Positions 1-11,976 of a DNA stretch of 32,000 nt are shown here, piece after piece (the stretch's first letter is position 1; every line of letters begins with the position of its first letter). The position numbers and the translations under genes are program-made. The notes under the pieces were generated by a model. It had not been told where the DNA came from, searched no databases, and saw only the letters and a list, made by a program, of their open reading frames with translations. The DNA is taken from assembly GCA_000175855.1 (NCBI GenBank), contig ACYB01000038.1, positions 60,001 through 92,000 on the forward strand, read 5' to 3'. This DNA is from Raphidiopsis brookii D9 (lineage in GTDB: Bacteria > Cyanobacteriota > Cyanobacteriia > Cyanobacteriales > Nostocaceae).

Positions 1-188
1 TACTTAATATATATGGGTTTTTACGTCTGGATATCAAAATATAAAGAAATTTTAGTAGAGTATCTTTACAGGTATTATAAAGATGATACTGTTGGTTGGG
101 AAATGATTATTTTTGGTAGCAAATGCATGTAATTTTCCCACATAAGCAACACTACTAGAAAATTTGACAATTCACTGACGCATTCAAT

Positions 189-1421
189 ATGTTAAACAAA
201 ATACGTAATCTTTTTAGTAAATTTTTCAATAATACTGGAACGCTTAATCGAGAACCCCTAAATAAGGCAAGCTTGATAGTTATTATCATAATAGACGTTT
301 TTATTCTAATCAATGTATTTACAGGATTGGACAGTATTGGTAGATGGCATCTTAGCCCTGACGACACTTATCCCTGTTATAACGAATGGAAAGGTTATCA
401 AGAGCAAACCTCAGCAACTAAAGATTATGGAATAATTACTAATTCATTAATAGAAAATAATCAGCCCAACTTTAACACCCAATATAAACAGCAAGAACAA
501 GGAAGATTGGGGAAAGTGTCAGAAATATGCCTGACCTATGGGCTATTAAAAGACAATTTAAATAGTGTTCAAAATCGGCAAGTTTTACAAACCATTAATC
601 AGACTCAAGAAAAAATCAATGGGTTGGAGCAACAAAATGCCAACATTCGTAGTCAATACGATTCCACCCTTTTGGAAAAAATAGCTCGTCAACCTGATGG
701 CAAGTCTATCAACCAAGTAAAAGCTGAGGAAGCTAGACAAAACCTAGATAGGAATACCAGGCAAATTGCCCAACTTAAAGAGGAAAATAAAAAGAGTAAA
801 AATCAGCTACTCAACCAACCAGCAAGTGTCAAGTTTCTCTCGGTTTTGCAGGATAAAACCCAATTTTATAACTTAGTTAATGGCTATAAAACAGCGTCAT
901 TTTGGTATCCCAGCATTCAAGTAACCCTGCAAGCTATATTCCTACTACCTTTAATTTTCATCGCTTCATTTATTTATGGTAAGTCACAACGCCAAGGGTA
1001 TGGATTAGTATCTCTAATTAGCTGGCATTTGCTAGTTATATTTGTGATTCCCCTAGTTATCAAAGTTTTGGAGTTTCTGCAAGTTGGTGTCGTATTTAAA
1101 TTCTTACTGGATATTATCAGTAACTTATTAGGAGGTTTACTATTCTTAGTTAGTTATGTTTATATTATAGTGATTCCCCTACTTGGTTTTGCGATTATAA
1201 AGTTGTTGCAAAGGAATGTAGTTTTTAATAGCAAAATTCAAGCTGGTAAAAGAGTACAGAACTCCCAGTGCATCAACTGTGGAAGAACCCTCAGGTCTCG
1301 TGAGGCCCATTGTCCCCATTGTGGTTATTACCAGTATGTGGAATGTCACCATTGCCATAACTTGACCTATAAGAAGTTACCCTATTGTTATCATTGTGGT
1401 ACTGAGCAAATTTCTCTATGA
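189..1421 (+). CDS. Membrane protein with C-terminal zinc-ribbon cysteine motifs, function unknown
   Basis: 410 aa ORF with an N-terminal hydrophobic segment (VIIIIDVFILINVF), a coiled-coil-like Gln-rich middle, hydrophobic helices, and C-terminal CxxC pairs (CINCGRTL...CPHCGYY...CHHCHNL...CYHCG). Overlaps the next ORF by 4 nt. Confidence 0.75.
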   Translation: MLNKIRNLFSKFFNNTGTLNREPLNKASLIVIIIIDVFILINVFTGLDSIGRWHLSPDDTYPCYNEWKGYQEQTSATKDYGIITNSLIENNQPNFNTQYKQQEQGRLGKVSEICLTYGLLKDNLNSVQNRQVLQTINQTQEKINGLEQQNANIRSQYDSTLLEKIARQPDGKSINQVKAEEARQNLDRNTRQIAQLKEENKKSKNQLLNQPASVKFLSVLQDKTQFYNLVNGYKTASFWYPSIQVTLQAIFLLPLIFIASFIYGKSQRQGYGLVSLISWHLLVIFVIPLVIKVLEFLQVGVVFKFLLDIISNLLGGLLFLVSYVYIIVIPLLGFAIIKLLQRNVVFNSKIQAGKRVQNSQCINCGRTLRSREAHCPHCGYYQYVECHHCHNLTYKKLPYCYHCGTEQISL

Positions 1422-3054
1422 CTGAATCCCTATTGAATATTCAAAATCTTTGTGTAGCTTATCCCCAAGATTATGACCAAGCTCCAATCTGGGCGGTTAA
1501 TGATGTATCCTTTAGTCTAAAACCAGGAGAAAAGATTGGTTTGGTGGGTGAGTCTGGTTGTGGTAAATCTACTATTGGTCGGGCAATTATGCGATTATTG
1601 CCTGACCATAGTCGGGTTCAAGGTCAAGTAAATTTTCGTGAGAGTTTAGTATTAGATTTAACTCCTGCTCAAATGCGACAGTTTCGAGGTGAAGCGGTAG
1701 CTTTGGTGTTTCAAGATCCCATGACCCGATTAGACCCATTAATGACTATTAGTGAACACTGTTTGGAAACCTTGGCTGCACATTCACCACAACTGACTAA
1801 AAAACAAGCTAAGGAAAGAGTTTTAGCCACCTTAGAAAAGGTAAAAATTCCTGGAAGTCGTTGGAGTCAGTACCCCCATGAGTTTAGTGGAGGAATGCGT
1901 CAAAGAGTGGCTATTGCTTTAGCTTTGTTGCTCAATCCCAAGTTAATTATTGCGGATGAACCAACAACCAGTTTAGACGTAACTGTTTCTGCCCAGATTT
2001 TACAAGAACTAACTAGACTGTGTGCAGAAGATAATATGGGCTTGTTGTTGATTTCCCATGATTTAGCAATGGTAGCAGAATACTGCGATCGCATTGGGGT
2101 GATGTACCAAGGTAAAATAGTGGAGATGGGTAAAACAGAGAGTGTATTTAAACAACCACAGCATGAATACACCCGGTCTTTATTAAGAGCAGCTCTACAT
2201 ATTCAGCAAGAACCAGTAGGTGTGGGAGAAGAAGAGAAAAAAGAAAATCCCATCCTTAAAATCACAGAATTAAAACAGTATTATACTATAGAGCCGAATT
2301 TTCTAGAGAGATTATTTCAGAGTCAACAGCAAACAATCAAAGCAGTAGATGACATTAACTTAGAATTATATCCAGGAGAGATATTAGGTCTGGTGGGAGA
2401 GTCAGGTTGTGGTAAAAGTACCCTATCCAGAACCATTTTACAATTGATTCCTCCCACGGGGGAAAAGTGGAATTTTTAGGGCAAGAATTAACCAGATTAT
2501 CCCGTGAAGAAGTTCGGGGTTTCCGCAGAGAAATTCAAATGATATTTCAAGATCCCCATGCTTGTTTAAATCCAGCCATGACCGTAGGAGAAAGCATAGC
2601 AGATCCCCTATTAATTCACAAAATAGCCCGTGGAAAACAGGCTGAAGAACAGGTTTTATGGATGTTAGAAAAAGTGGGGTTAACTCCTTGGCAAACTTAT
2701 TATGGACGCTATCCAGCAGATTTATCAGGGGGACAACAACAGCGGGTAGCCATAGCGCGAGCTTTGATTACCCGCCCTAAATTAGTGATCTGTGATGAAC
2801 CTGTGAGTATGTTGGATGCTAGTGTCCAAACCCAGGTCTTGGATTTAATGTTAGAATTAAAGGCGGAATTTGACCTAACTTACCTATTTATTACCCATGA
2901 CTTATGGTTGGCTAGGTTTTTGTGCGATCGCATTGCTGTAATGAATAGTGGTAAAATAGTGGAATTAGGAAAAACGAAGGAGATATTTTCCCATCCCCAG
3001 CATCCTTACACCCAAACTCTGCTGGGTGCTGCACCATTATTAGCTAGGGTTTAA
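1418..3054 (+). pseudogene. Dipeptide/oligopeptide-type ABC transporter, tandem fused ATP-binding protein (DppD-DppF/YejF-like), frameshifted in this sequence
   Basis: ORF 1418..2479 has Walker A GESGCGKS, signature SGGMRQRVAI and Walker B LIIADEPTTS, then a second Walker A GESGCGKS. It ends in LIPPTGEKWNF*. The next frame (2467..3054) continues as EFLGQEL...QMIFQDPHACLNPAM...LSGGQQQRVAIARAL...VICDEPVSMLD. Adding one G to the G5 run at 2458..2462 restores LIPPTGGKVEFLGQEL. Confidence 0.85.
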
Positions 3055-3072
3055 TTAAGTTACGGAGAAATC

Positions 3073-3795
3073 ATGTCTAAAAATTCACTCTCCCATATTT
3101 TTAAAAACAGCTATTCTGCGGACAAATGGCAACAGAGAATAGAACAGGTAGCTCACCGATTCAATCAAGAATATCAAAATCACCCCTTTGAACTGCCAGA
3201 GGAAATCAAACAAATGTGCATTTATCAAGAATGGAAAAGTGGGATCTTATCATCAAAAATTGCCGCTCCATTTTGGGAAATTGCCCAACCTCAAAAAAAT
3301 CAACATTGCTTAGATATTGGTTGCGGAGTTAGTTTTTTAATATATCCTTGGCGAGATTGGCAAGCATATTTCCACGGACAGGAAATTAGCAATATAGCCA
3401 GGGAGGCTTTAAATTCTCGGGGTTCCCAATTAAATTCTAAGCTGTTTAAGGGTGTGAAGTTAGGAGCAGCTCATTGTTTAGAATATGATGCAGCACAGTT
3501 TGATTTGGTGATTGCCACAGGATTTAGTTATTACTTTCCTTTAGAATATTGGCAATTGGTACTAGAGGAGGTAAAACGGGTGTTAAAACCCGGTGGAAAT
3601 TTTGTCTTTGACACTATTAATTCAGCTCAACCGGTAGCAGAAGACTGGGCAGTTTTGGAAACCTATTTAGGCACGGAGGTGTTTTTAGAAACTGCCAGCA
3701 ACTGGAAAAAAACTATTAAATCCCAAGGGGGTAAAATAGTGAAGGAGCAACTGGGTTTAGGGGAAATAATAGCCTTATACAAGGTGAGATTTTGA
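3073..3795 (+). CDS. Class I SAM-dependent methyltransferase
   Basis: 240 aa ORF with motif I-like LDIGCGVSFLIYPW and VKRVLKPGGNFVFDTI. Confidence 0.8.
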   Translation: MSKNSLSHIFKNSYSADKWQQRIEQVAHRFNQEYQNHPFELPEEIKQMCIYQEWKSGILSSKIAAPFWEIAQPQKNQHCLDIGCGVSFLIYPWRDWQAYFHGQEISNIAREALNSRGSQLNSKLFKGVKLGAAHCLEYDAAQFDLVIATGFSYYFPLEYWQLVLEEVKRVLKPGGNFVFDTINSAQPVAEDWAVLETYLGTEVFLETASNWKKTIKSQGGKIVKEQLGLGEIIALYKVRF

Positions 3796-4047
3796 ACCTA
3801 AACCTGAATCTACTCCTAGCCACCTGCAGTGAGTCCGTGGATTGGTACTATCAACTATTAGACTCGCTTCCACAAAATATGGGTTAAAATAATTCCTGGG
3901 ATAGATGGGTTAACTGGGTACTTAACATTCAATTATTTTGAATTATAAAGACATGGTTGAACCGGGATTTTTAACCGGATTTGAACACATGCTAAGTTGA
4001 TATTGCTAATCAGTACTGTTGACCGATTTATCAAAGGAGATTTTTAG

Positions 4048-5229
4048 GTGGAAGATATAAGTACAAAATCAGTATTAAATTCCGCTTCTATCCTCACCGT
4101 CGGAAGTGGTTGGTTCCCTACCACACCAGGGGGAATGGAAAGGTATATTTATGAACTAATTCATAAATTGGGTATTAACCAAGACCAGATTGAATTATGT
4201 GGAGTTGGTCTACCTGAACAAGAGGATATATCTATTGCCAATATTAGGTTACATAATCTCGCATCCCCCCATAGTAAAATTTGGCAAAGACTATGGTCTA
4301 TTCGCAGTAACTTTCGGCAAATTAACCTCAATCACTTTGATGCAGTTAACTTACACTTTGCATTGTATAGCTTTCCTATTTTAGATCTTTTACCCAAAAG
4401 CTTGCCAATCACATTTAATTTCCATGGTCCATGGGCCGCTGAAAGTCAAGAGGAGCTATTAAATAAACAACTGACTATTTGGATCAAACAACACTTGGTC
4501 GAAAAAAATACCTATAACCAATGCGATCGCTTTATAGTTTTAAGTCGAGCTTTTGGCAACATTCTACATCAACAGTATGAGGTTCCCTGGGAAAAAATAC
4601 ATATTATTCCTGGGGGAGTAGATGTGAAACATTTTAAAAAAAATTTATCCCGTTTAGCAGCGAGGGAACAACTGGGTTGGCCAACTGAAAGACCGATATT
4701 ATTTACCTCTCGTCGTCTGGTACATCGTATGGGAATTGACAAACTCTTGACAGCAATAGCAAAAATTAAACCTGTAGTTCCAGATATTTGGTTAGCTATT
4801 GCTGGAAGAGGACATATACAAAATTCTCTGGAAAAACAAGCGCTGGAATTAGGATTGGAAAATCAAGTCAGATTTTTAGGATTTTTACCAGATCAACAGT
4901 TACCTATAGCCTACCAAGCAGCTGATTTGACTGTGATGCCAAGTCAATCTTTTGAAGGTTTTGGACTGGCAATTCTGGAGTCTTTGGCTTGTGGGACTCC
5001 TGTTTTATGTACTCCTGTGGGGGGAATGCCAGAAATTTTACAACCCTTTACACCTGAGTTAATTACTGATTCCATCGCGGTTGATAGTCTTGCCAATAAA
5101 TTGCAGGAAGTAATGTTGGCAAAGATTGTTTTACCCACTAGGGAAGAATGTAGAAATTATGCTGCTGAAAACTATGATTGGACTAATATTGCCCAAAGAG
5201 TGAGACAGGTAATTGTATTCCATAAATAA
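4048..5229 (+). CDS. Glycosyltransferase, GT4 family
   Basis: 393 aa ORF (GTG start) with N-terminal TPGGMERYIYEL, the GT-B pattern RRLVHRMGIDKLL...VRFLGFLPDQQLPIAYQAADLTVMPSQSFEGFGLAILESLACGTPVLCTPVGGMPEIL. Confidence 0.9.
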   Translation: MEDISTKSVLNSASILTVGSGWFPTTPGGMERYIYELIHKLGINQDQIELCGVGLPEQEDISIANIRLHNLASPHSKIWQRLWSIRSNFRQINLNHFDAVNLHFALYSFPILDLLPKSLPITFNFHGPWAAESQEELLNKQLTIWIKQHLVEKNTYNQCDRFIVLSRAFGNILHQQYEVPWEKIHIIPGGVDVKHFKKNLSRLAAREQLGWPTERPILFTSRRLVHRMGIDKLLTAIAKIKPVVPDIWLAIAGRGHIQNSLEKQALELGLENQVRFLGFLPDQQLPIAYQAADLTVMPSQSFEGFGLAILESLACGTPVLCTPVGGMPEILQPFTPELITDSIAVDSLANKLQEVMLAKIVLPTREECRNYAAENYDWTNIAQRVRQVIVFHK

Positions 5230-5236
5230 GATAATT

Positions 5237-6379
5237 ATGAAGATTCTATTTTTAGACCAAAGTGGTAACCCAGGTGGTGCGGAGTTATGTCTATTAGATA
5301 TTGCTAAACCTTTTAGTGGTAGTTGTTTAGTTGGTTTATTTGCTGATGGTGATTTTAGAAAGCTATTAGAAAGCTATCAAGTTCCTGTGGAGGTTTTAAC
5401 AACTCAAAGTATTTCTATTAGAAAGAAAAGCAGTTTTATTTCTAGCTTGATTGGTATACAACACATTATTCCTCTTATTAATGCAGTTATTTCCCATGCT
5501 AAAAACTATGACTTAATCTATGCTAACACCCAAAAGGCTTTAGTTGTGGGAGCAATTGCCAGTTTTTTGACTCGTGTCCCCTTGGTCTACCACCTACATG
5601 ATATTTTGTCTTTAGAACATTTCAGTCACATTAACTTACAAATCGCTATTAATTTTGCCAATAGGTTTGCATCTTTAGTCATTGCTAACTCTCAAGCTAG
5701 TAAGGATGCATTTATTCAAGCAGGAGGAATCTCTAAACTGGTAGAAGTTGCATATAATGGTTTTGATATGAAAAACTATCAAGTATCAGAATATCAAATC
5801 CAGCAAATACGAAACACTTTAGCAGTAGAGAATAAATTTGTTATTGGACATTTCAGTAGGTTATCTCCATGGAAGGGACAGCACATTCTTATAGAAGCAT
5901 TAGCCCATGTTCCAGACAATATCACAGCTATTCTGGTGGGAGATGCTTTATTTGGGGAGCATGAGTATGTTCGGGAATTACACCAAAAAGTTCATCACCT
6001 ACAATTGGAACACCGAGTTAAATTTTTAGGTTTTCGTCAGAATATACCACAATTAATGTCAGCTTGCGATTTAGTCACTCATACATCCATTGCACCTGAA
6101 CCTTTTGGAAGAGTTATTGTGGAAGCTATGCTCTGTGGTAGAATAGTTATCGCAGCTAAATCTGGAGGAGCTGTGGAATTAATAGAAAATGGCACAAATG
6201 GTTTTTTAGTTACCCCTAATCAACCCCAGGAGTTGGCAAATATAATTAAATATTGTTTTGACCAACAACAACAGATCCAAAATATTGCTATTTATGCACG
6301 ACAGCTTGGCCAACAAAAATTCGATCTGAATGTTATTAATCAAAAAATTCAGCAGTTGATTCTTACAAGGTTGACCTAA
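5237..6379 (+). CDS. Glycosyltransferase, GT4 family
   Basis: ORF track 5213..6379; the likely start is the internal ATG at 5237 (MKILFLDQSGNPGGAE). Contains SRLSPWKGQHILIEAL and HTSIAPEPFGRVIVEAMLCGRIVIAAKSGGAVELIENG. Confidence 0.88.
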   Translation: MKILFLDQSGNPGGAELCLLDIAKPFSGSCLVGLFADGDFRKLLESYQVPVEVLTTQSISIRKKSSFISSLIGIQHIIPLINAVISHAKNYDLIYANTQKALVVGAIASFLTRVPLVYHLHDILSLEHFSHINLQIAINFANRFASLVIANSQASKDAFIQAGGISKLVEVAYNGFDMKNYQVSEYQIQQIRNTLAVENKFVIGHFSRLSPWKGQHILIEALAHVPDNITAILVGDALFGEHEYVRELHQKVHHLQLEHRVKFLGFRQNIPQLMSACDLVTHTSIAPEPFGRVIVEAMLCGRIVIAAKSGGAVELIENGTNGFLVTPNQPQELANIIKYCFDQQQQIQNIAIYARQLGQQKFDLNVINQKIQQLILTRLT

Positions 6380-6465
6380 TTTAACCAAAAGTTTGCCAGT
6401 TGGGGAAAATCTTGTTAAAGTACGTAAAGGTTTCTTAACCCCTTTAGGATTTTTATAGAGGATAA

Positions 6466-7749
<1,284 letters not shown>

Positions 7750-7874
7750 TAAATAAATACTTAGTCAGGTAAGCGTTCTGGATCGCCTCCGTCGCTCTAT
7801 GGCTATAAGTTGACCAGGGATGGATCATCTATCCCTGAAATGCTTCCGGGTTAAAATTTTACCTTTAGTAACCT

Positions 7875-8477
7875 ATGCCTTGCCAACTTTGGCCCTATAT
7901 TAGCCCTGGTATACCTGATGACCTATTTGAAAATTTACCAGGTATACCTTTTAGTCAAAGAGAATTGCGATTGTTGTTGATTTCCCAACTGCGTCTTAAA
8001 CCCGATTCTGTGCTGTGGGATGTGGGAGCTGGTACGGGGACAATTGCCATAGAAGTAGGTTTATTATGTCCCCAGGGACAGGTGATAGCTGTGGAAAGAG
8101 ATGAGGAAGTCGCCAATTTAATCAAGCGTAATTGCGATCGCTTTCAAGTAAAAAATATTATAGTGGTAGAGGGGACTGCTCCAGATTGCCTAAATAGTAT
8201 ACAAACGATTCCTGATCGTGTTTGTATAGAAGGGGGGAGAGCTATCAGAGAAATTTTACAAGCCATCTGGAATTATTTACCTTTATCTGGTCGTGTGGTT
8301 GCTACAGCTGCTAATCTAGAGAGTCTATATGCTATATCTCAAACCCTATCAGAGTTGACAGCTAGAAATATAGAAGTTATGCAGTCCGCTGTGAACCGAT
8401 TGGAAACCAGAGGTTTTTCTCAAACCCTTGTCTCTACGGATCCCATTTTTATCCTCAGTGGTGAAAAACTTGATTGA
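7875..8477 (+). CDS. cbiT: Precorrin-6Y C5,15-methyltransferase (decarboxylating), CbiT subunit
   Basis: 200 aa ORF starting MPCQLWPYISPGIPDDLFENLPGIPFSQRELRLLLISQLRLKPDSVLWDVGAGTGTIAIEVGLLCPQGQVIAVERDEE, typical of a CbiT-type methyltransferase. Confidence 0.88.
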   Translation: MPCQLWPYISPGIPDDLFENLPGIPFSQRELRLLLISQLRLKPDSVLWDVGAGTGTIAIEVGLLCPQGQVIAVERDEEVANLIKRNCDRFQVKNIIVVEGTAPDCLNSIQTIPDRVCIEGGRAIREILQAIWNYLPLSGRVVATAANLESLYAISQTLSELTARNIEVMQSAVNRLETRGFSQTLVSTDPIFILSGEKLD

Positions 8478-8513
8478 ATCGAAAGTCGAAAATCTCAAAT
8501 ATTATTATTTGCC

Positions 8514-9404
8514 ATGCCTTGGTCTAGAATTATTAGTGGAATTATTGCTATTGTTCTTGCTGTATCTTGCACGTTGTTGGGAGGTTGGTACTTCACGATA
8601 GCTATCGGTATAATTGTGTTTTTTGGTCAACTGGAATATTTCAATTTAGTTCGTTCCAGAGGAATGAGACCCGCTACTAAGACTACCATCTCTGTCAGCC
8701 TAATTTTATTAGGCATTTGCAATTTCCAACCTAGTTTAGCGGATGCAATTATGCCCATAGCAGGAACTTTTATTTGTTTTTACCTACTTTTTCAACCGCA
8801 GCTTGCCACCATTGCTGATATTTCTGCTTCTATTATGGGTTTGTTTTATGTTGGTTATCTACCCAGCTATTGGGTGAGACTACGAAATATTCAGGATATA
8901 AATACTACCGAATATACGAACTTGGTTAATTACTTATATGAACACTTATCTAATACCCAACTTGTACAAATTAAACCAGATGATTTACCTCCGGGTTTCA
9001 CCTTTACCATATTGACTTTTTTGTGTATTTGGGCTGCTGATATTGGTGCTTATATATTTGGTAAATATTTTGGCAGAACTCCTCTTTCCAGTATCAGTCC
9101 CAAAAAAACTGTGGAGGGAGCGATTTTTGGTATGGTGGGTAGTCTGATCTTAGCTTTGTGGGGGTCATATTTTCTCAATTTGCCTTATTTCTTCCTGACC
9201 GGTTTGACATTAGGTTTATTAATTGGCATTGCGAGTTTGTTAGGAGATTTGACCGAATCTTTGCTTAAAAGAGATGCAGGAGTGAAAGATTCTGGACAGT
9301 TGATTCCTGGACATGGTGGAATCTTAGACCGCACTGACAGTTATATTTTTACCGCTCCTTTGGTTTACTATTTTATCACCCTAATATTACCACTAATTGA
9401 TTAA
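8514..9404 (+). CDS. cdsA: Phosphatidate cytidylyltransferase
   Basis: 296 aa polytopic membrane protein with the CdsA signature region [17 protein letters not shown]...[43 protein letters not shown]. Confidence 0.96.
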   Translation: MPWSRIISGIIAIVLAVSCTLLGGWYFTIAIGIIVFFGQLEYFNLVRSRGMRPATKTTISVSLILLGICNFQPSLADAIMPIAGTFICFYLLFQPQLATIADISASIMGLFYVGYLPSYWVRLRNIQDINTTEYTNLVNYLYEHLSNTQLVQIKPDDLPPGFTFTILTFLCIWAADIGAYIFGKYFGRTPLSSISPKKTVEGAIFGMVGSLILALWGSYFLNLPYFFLTGLTLGLLIGIASLLGDLTESLLKRDAGVKDSGQLIPGHGGILDRTDSYIFTAPLVYYFITLILPLID

Positions 9405-9427
9405 GACGATTTTAGATTCTAAATGCT

Positions 9428-10150
9428 TTATGGATTGACATTAATCTTTCCTCGACAGGAAATCTGGCCCGATTCCAGAATTAACTCCTCTAAATCTACA
9501 TCCGAACCCAGATGTAAACATTCTTCAATATAACCAATCTCACCTTTTTCACTTTGCCATGAACTATACATCCCTTTATACAGTGTTAATTTTATTTCTT
9601 GCCCACTCACCAGTTGTAATTTGGCGTGAACCTCTAAAGATTCAGACTGTCCAGCACTTTGAGTCACTCCTTGGAGTACAAAACCTTGGTCATGAAGTGC
9701 AATTTCATTCCAGAAAATAGACTGGTATTTTTTGCCAAGTTCTGGTATTGTTTTAAGTACCGTCTCGTTGATGGCATGGGAAAGTAGTGGAGAAGAGAGG
9801 GAACTATTTAGTTCCAGCTCGTTGATCAGCAGTTCGCCAAACACGGGGACTACTGACAACAATCGTAATGGTTGGCCTCGGAGCACAGAACCAAAGTTAA
9901 TATGTATGTCCTGAGCTGTAAGTTGAACACGGGTAATATGAATACCCTGGTAAACTGCCTTAGTGGCCAAAATAGAGACCTTGGGGATACGTCCGGAAAG
10001 CAACTGCTGATCGTCTGTGTCAACACCAATCTCTAGCTCGTAAACCTGACTTAATTGAGACTTTAACCAAAGCTTAATTGCTGCATTAAGAATCCTAGTT
10101 ACTATTCGGGTTTTGCTGCTTTTTTCTTCATCCGAAGTTCGTTCTGTCAT
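9428..10150 (-). CDS. DUF2993 domain-containing protein
   Basis: 240 aa ORF resembling cyanobacterial DUF2993 proteins (AIKLWLKSQLSQVYELEIGVDTDDQQLLSGRIPKVSILATKAVYQGIHITRVQLTAQDIHIN). Confidence 0.75.
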   Translation of the reverse strand: MTERTSDEEKSSKTRIVTRILNAAIKLWLKSQLSQVYELEIGVDTDDQQLLSGRIPKVSILATKAVYQGIHITRVQLTAQDIHINFGSVLRGQPLRLLSVVPVFGELLINELELNSSLSSPLLSHAINETVLKTIPELGKKYQSIFWNEIALHDQGFVLQGVTQSAGQSESLEVHAKLQLVSGQEIKLTLYKGMYSSWQSEKGEIGYIEECLHLGSDVDLEELILESGQISCRGKINVNP

Positions 10151-10281
10151 TTAACTCGACAACCGTTCATTGTGTATGCTTGTCAATTTTATCAATTAGG
10201 AGGGACACTGAAAAATTTGAGCCATGAATCTTAACCGTTATTACCGTTACTTATGACCGTAATGAGGAAATCAATTGTTCC

Positions 10282-11040
10282 ATGGAAGCAAGGGTACAAA
10301 AAATTATATCTCAATGGGGTATAGCCTCCCGTCGTCAAGCTGAAGAAATGATTGGGCAATCACGAGTACGGGTCAATGGGAATTTGGCGCGTTTAGGTCA
10401 GAAAGTCGATCCTAAAGTGGATATGATCTCCATCGATGGTAAACCTGTCACACAAGGTAGTCCTCCAGCTTTAGTGTACTTGTTATTAAACAAGCCCGCA
10501 GGGGTGGTCTCCACGTGTAATGATCCACAAGGTAGAACAACAGTTTTAGATCTGTTACCGACAAAATTACGCCAGGGTACTGGCATTTGTCCTGTCGGAA
10601 GGTTAGACGCCGATTCTACCGGGGCATTAATCTTAACCAATGATGGAGATGTAACATTTGCTCTTACTCATCCTAGTCATGATGTTCCCAAGACTTATCA
10701 TGTTGTAGTGGAGGGACATCCGCCAACAAATGTTCTGAGGATGTGGAGTCAGGGAGTAATGTTGGACGGGAGGAAAACACGAACTGCCCAAGTTAAATTA
10801 ATCGAACAGGGGTTCACCCAAAGTAAACTGGAGATTATTTTACAGGAGGGAAGAAACCGTCAAATTCGTCGTGTGGCTCAACAATTGGGATATCCAGTTG
10901 TGCACCTTGATCGGAGAGCTATAGGGACGATTGAACTACACAATTCAGATGGTAAATTTACTGATGTTGGTAAGTATCGTCATCTTATAACCAGCGAGAT
11001 TATTTTATTACAGCATCTGGTCCACCAGACACGAAATTGA
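10282..11040 (+). CDS. Pseudouridine synthase, RsuA/RluB family
   Basis: 252 aa with N-terminal S4 domain (RVQKIISQWGIASRRQAEEMI...VRVNGNLARLGQKVDP), catalytic region CPVGRLDADSTGALILTNDG, and EGRNRQIRRV. Confidence 0.93.
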   Translation: MEARVQKIISQWGIASRRQAEEMIGQSRVRVNGNLARLGQKVDPKVDMISIDGKPVTQGSPPALVYLLLNKPAGVVSTCNDPQGRTTVLDLLPTKLRQGTGICPVGRLDADSTGALILTNDGDVTFALTHPSHDVPKTYHVVVEGHPPTNVLRMWSQGVMLDGRKTRTAQVKLIEQGFTQSKLEIILQEGRNRQIRRVAQQLGYPVVHLDRRAIGTIELHNSDGKFTDVGKYRHLITSEIILLQHLVHQTRN

Positions 11041-11089
11041 GTTAACTTGTAATTGGAATCAGGTAGGGAGCAATTAAGGAACGGGGAGT

Positions 11090-11929
11090 ATGTTGAAAAT
11101 TACGAAATGGTTAAGGTTGCCTAAAAGGGGCCATAGACCAAAAAACCTCTCAATAGAAGAGCAACAGTTACAAAAACTTTCGGAGTTGGGAAGTCAGTTA
11201 GCAGCTTTACGCCAGGAAAAGGGGTTGTCTATAAATGAAGTGGTTTTGACCACTAGAATTCCTGGACGTTTACTCACTGCAATTGAGGAAGGAGACTTGA
11301 CAAATCTCCCCGAACCTATTTACATTCAGGGTCTTATCAGACGGTTTGCTAACGAACTGGGTTTGAATGGGGTGGAGTTAGCCAGCAATTTCCCCACGGG
11401 CTCGCCAAAATTGGTTTTTAAACCTAGATATGGATATAGGGCTCGGTCTTTCTTAGAATTACGTACTTTCCATCTTTACTTGCTTTACATATTTGTCATA
11501 GTTTGTTCAGTAAATGGTCTATCTCAATCCCTAACCCAAAATATAAAAGCTAAAGAAAATGACAATGAACCTAGCCTGCAGGCTAGTGCGGATATATCTG
11601 CTAGAAAAACCCCCACTAAAATAATAAAAGTTCGTCAACTAGTCAACTCAGCTAGTAACGGGAACGATACTAAGAATGATCCTGTACAAGTTCGTATTAT
11701 TGTGAATTCACAGGCTTGGATACGGGTTGTAGCTGATGGCAAAACAAAATTTGAAGGAGTTTTGACCCAGGGATCTCAAAGGGATTGGGAAGCTACTGAG
11801 GAACTAACAGTCAAAACAAATAATGCTGGGGGTGTGCTAATGAAGGTTAATCAGGAAGAACCTAAACAAATGGGAAAACCAGGGAAATCTGGTGAAATTA
11901 GAATTGCATCTAAAAACCTTCAACTTTGA
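11090..11929 (+). CDS. RodZ-like helix-turn-helix membrane protein (HTH + TM + DUF4115-like C-terminus)
   Basis: 279 aa, with RQEKGLSINEVVLTTRIPGRLLTAIEEGDLTNLPEPIYIQGLIRRFANELGL, a single TM segment (FHLYLLYIFVIVCSV), and a C-terminal VNSQAWIRVVADGKTKFEGVLTQGSQRDWEATEELTVKTNNAGGV. Confidence 0.8.
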   Translation: MLKITKWLRLPKRGHRPKNLSIEEQQLQKLSELGSQLAALRQEKGLSINEVVLTTRIPGRLLTAIEEGDLTNLPEPIYIQGLIRRFANELGLNGVELASNFPTGSPKLVFKPRYGYRARSFLELRTFHLYLLYIFVIVCSVNGLSQSLTQNIKAKENDNEPSLQASADISARKTPTKIIKVRQLVNSASNGNDTKNDPVQVRIIVNSQAWIRVVADGKTKFEGVLTQGSQRDWEATEELTVKTNNAGGVLMKVNQEEPKQMGKPGKSGEIRIASKNLQL

Positions 11930-11976
11930 TGGTTATTGGGGGGTTCACACCGTTCAAACTACCCCCAGCAGCCAAA

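Noticed and set aside
155-367. 70-aa minus-strand ORF at the left edge
   Set aside because: Mostly antisense to the 189..1421 gene and lacks any family signature.
3796-4047. Repeated AACCGG motif (TTGAACCGGGATTTTTAACCGGATTTGAA) as a possible regulatory array
   Set aside because: Only two short copies, easily chance, with no further repeats.
7750-7874. Cobalamin riboswitch upstream of cbiT
   Set aside because: Only 125 nt and no B12-box-like GCCACTG motif seen; not supported.
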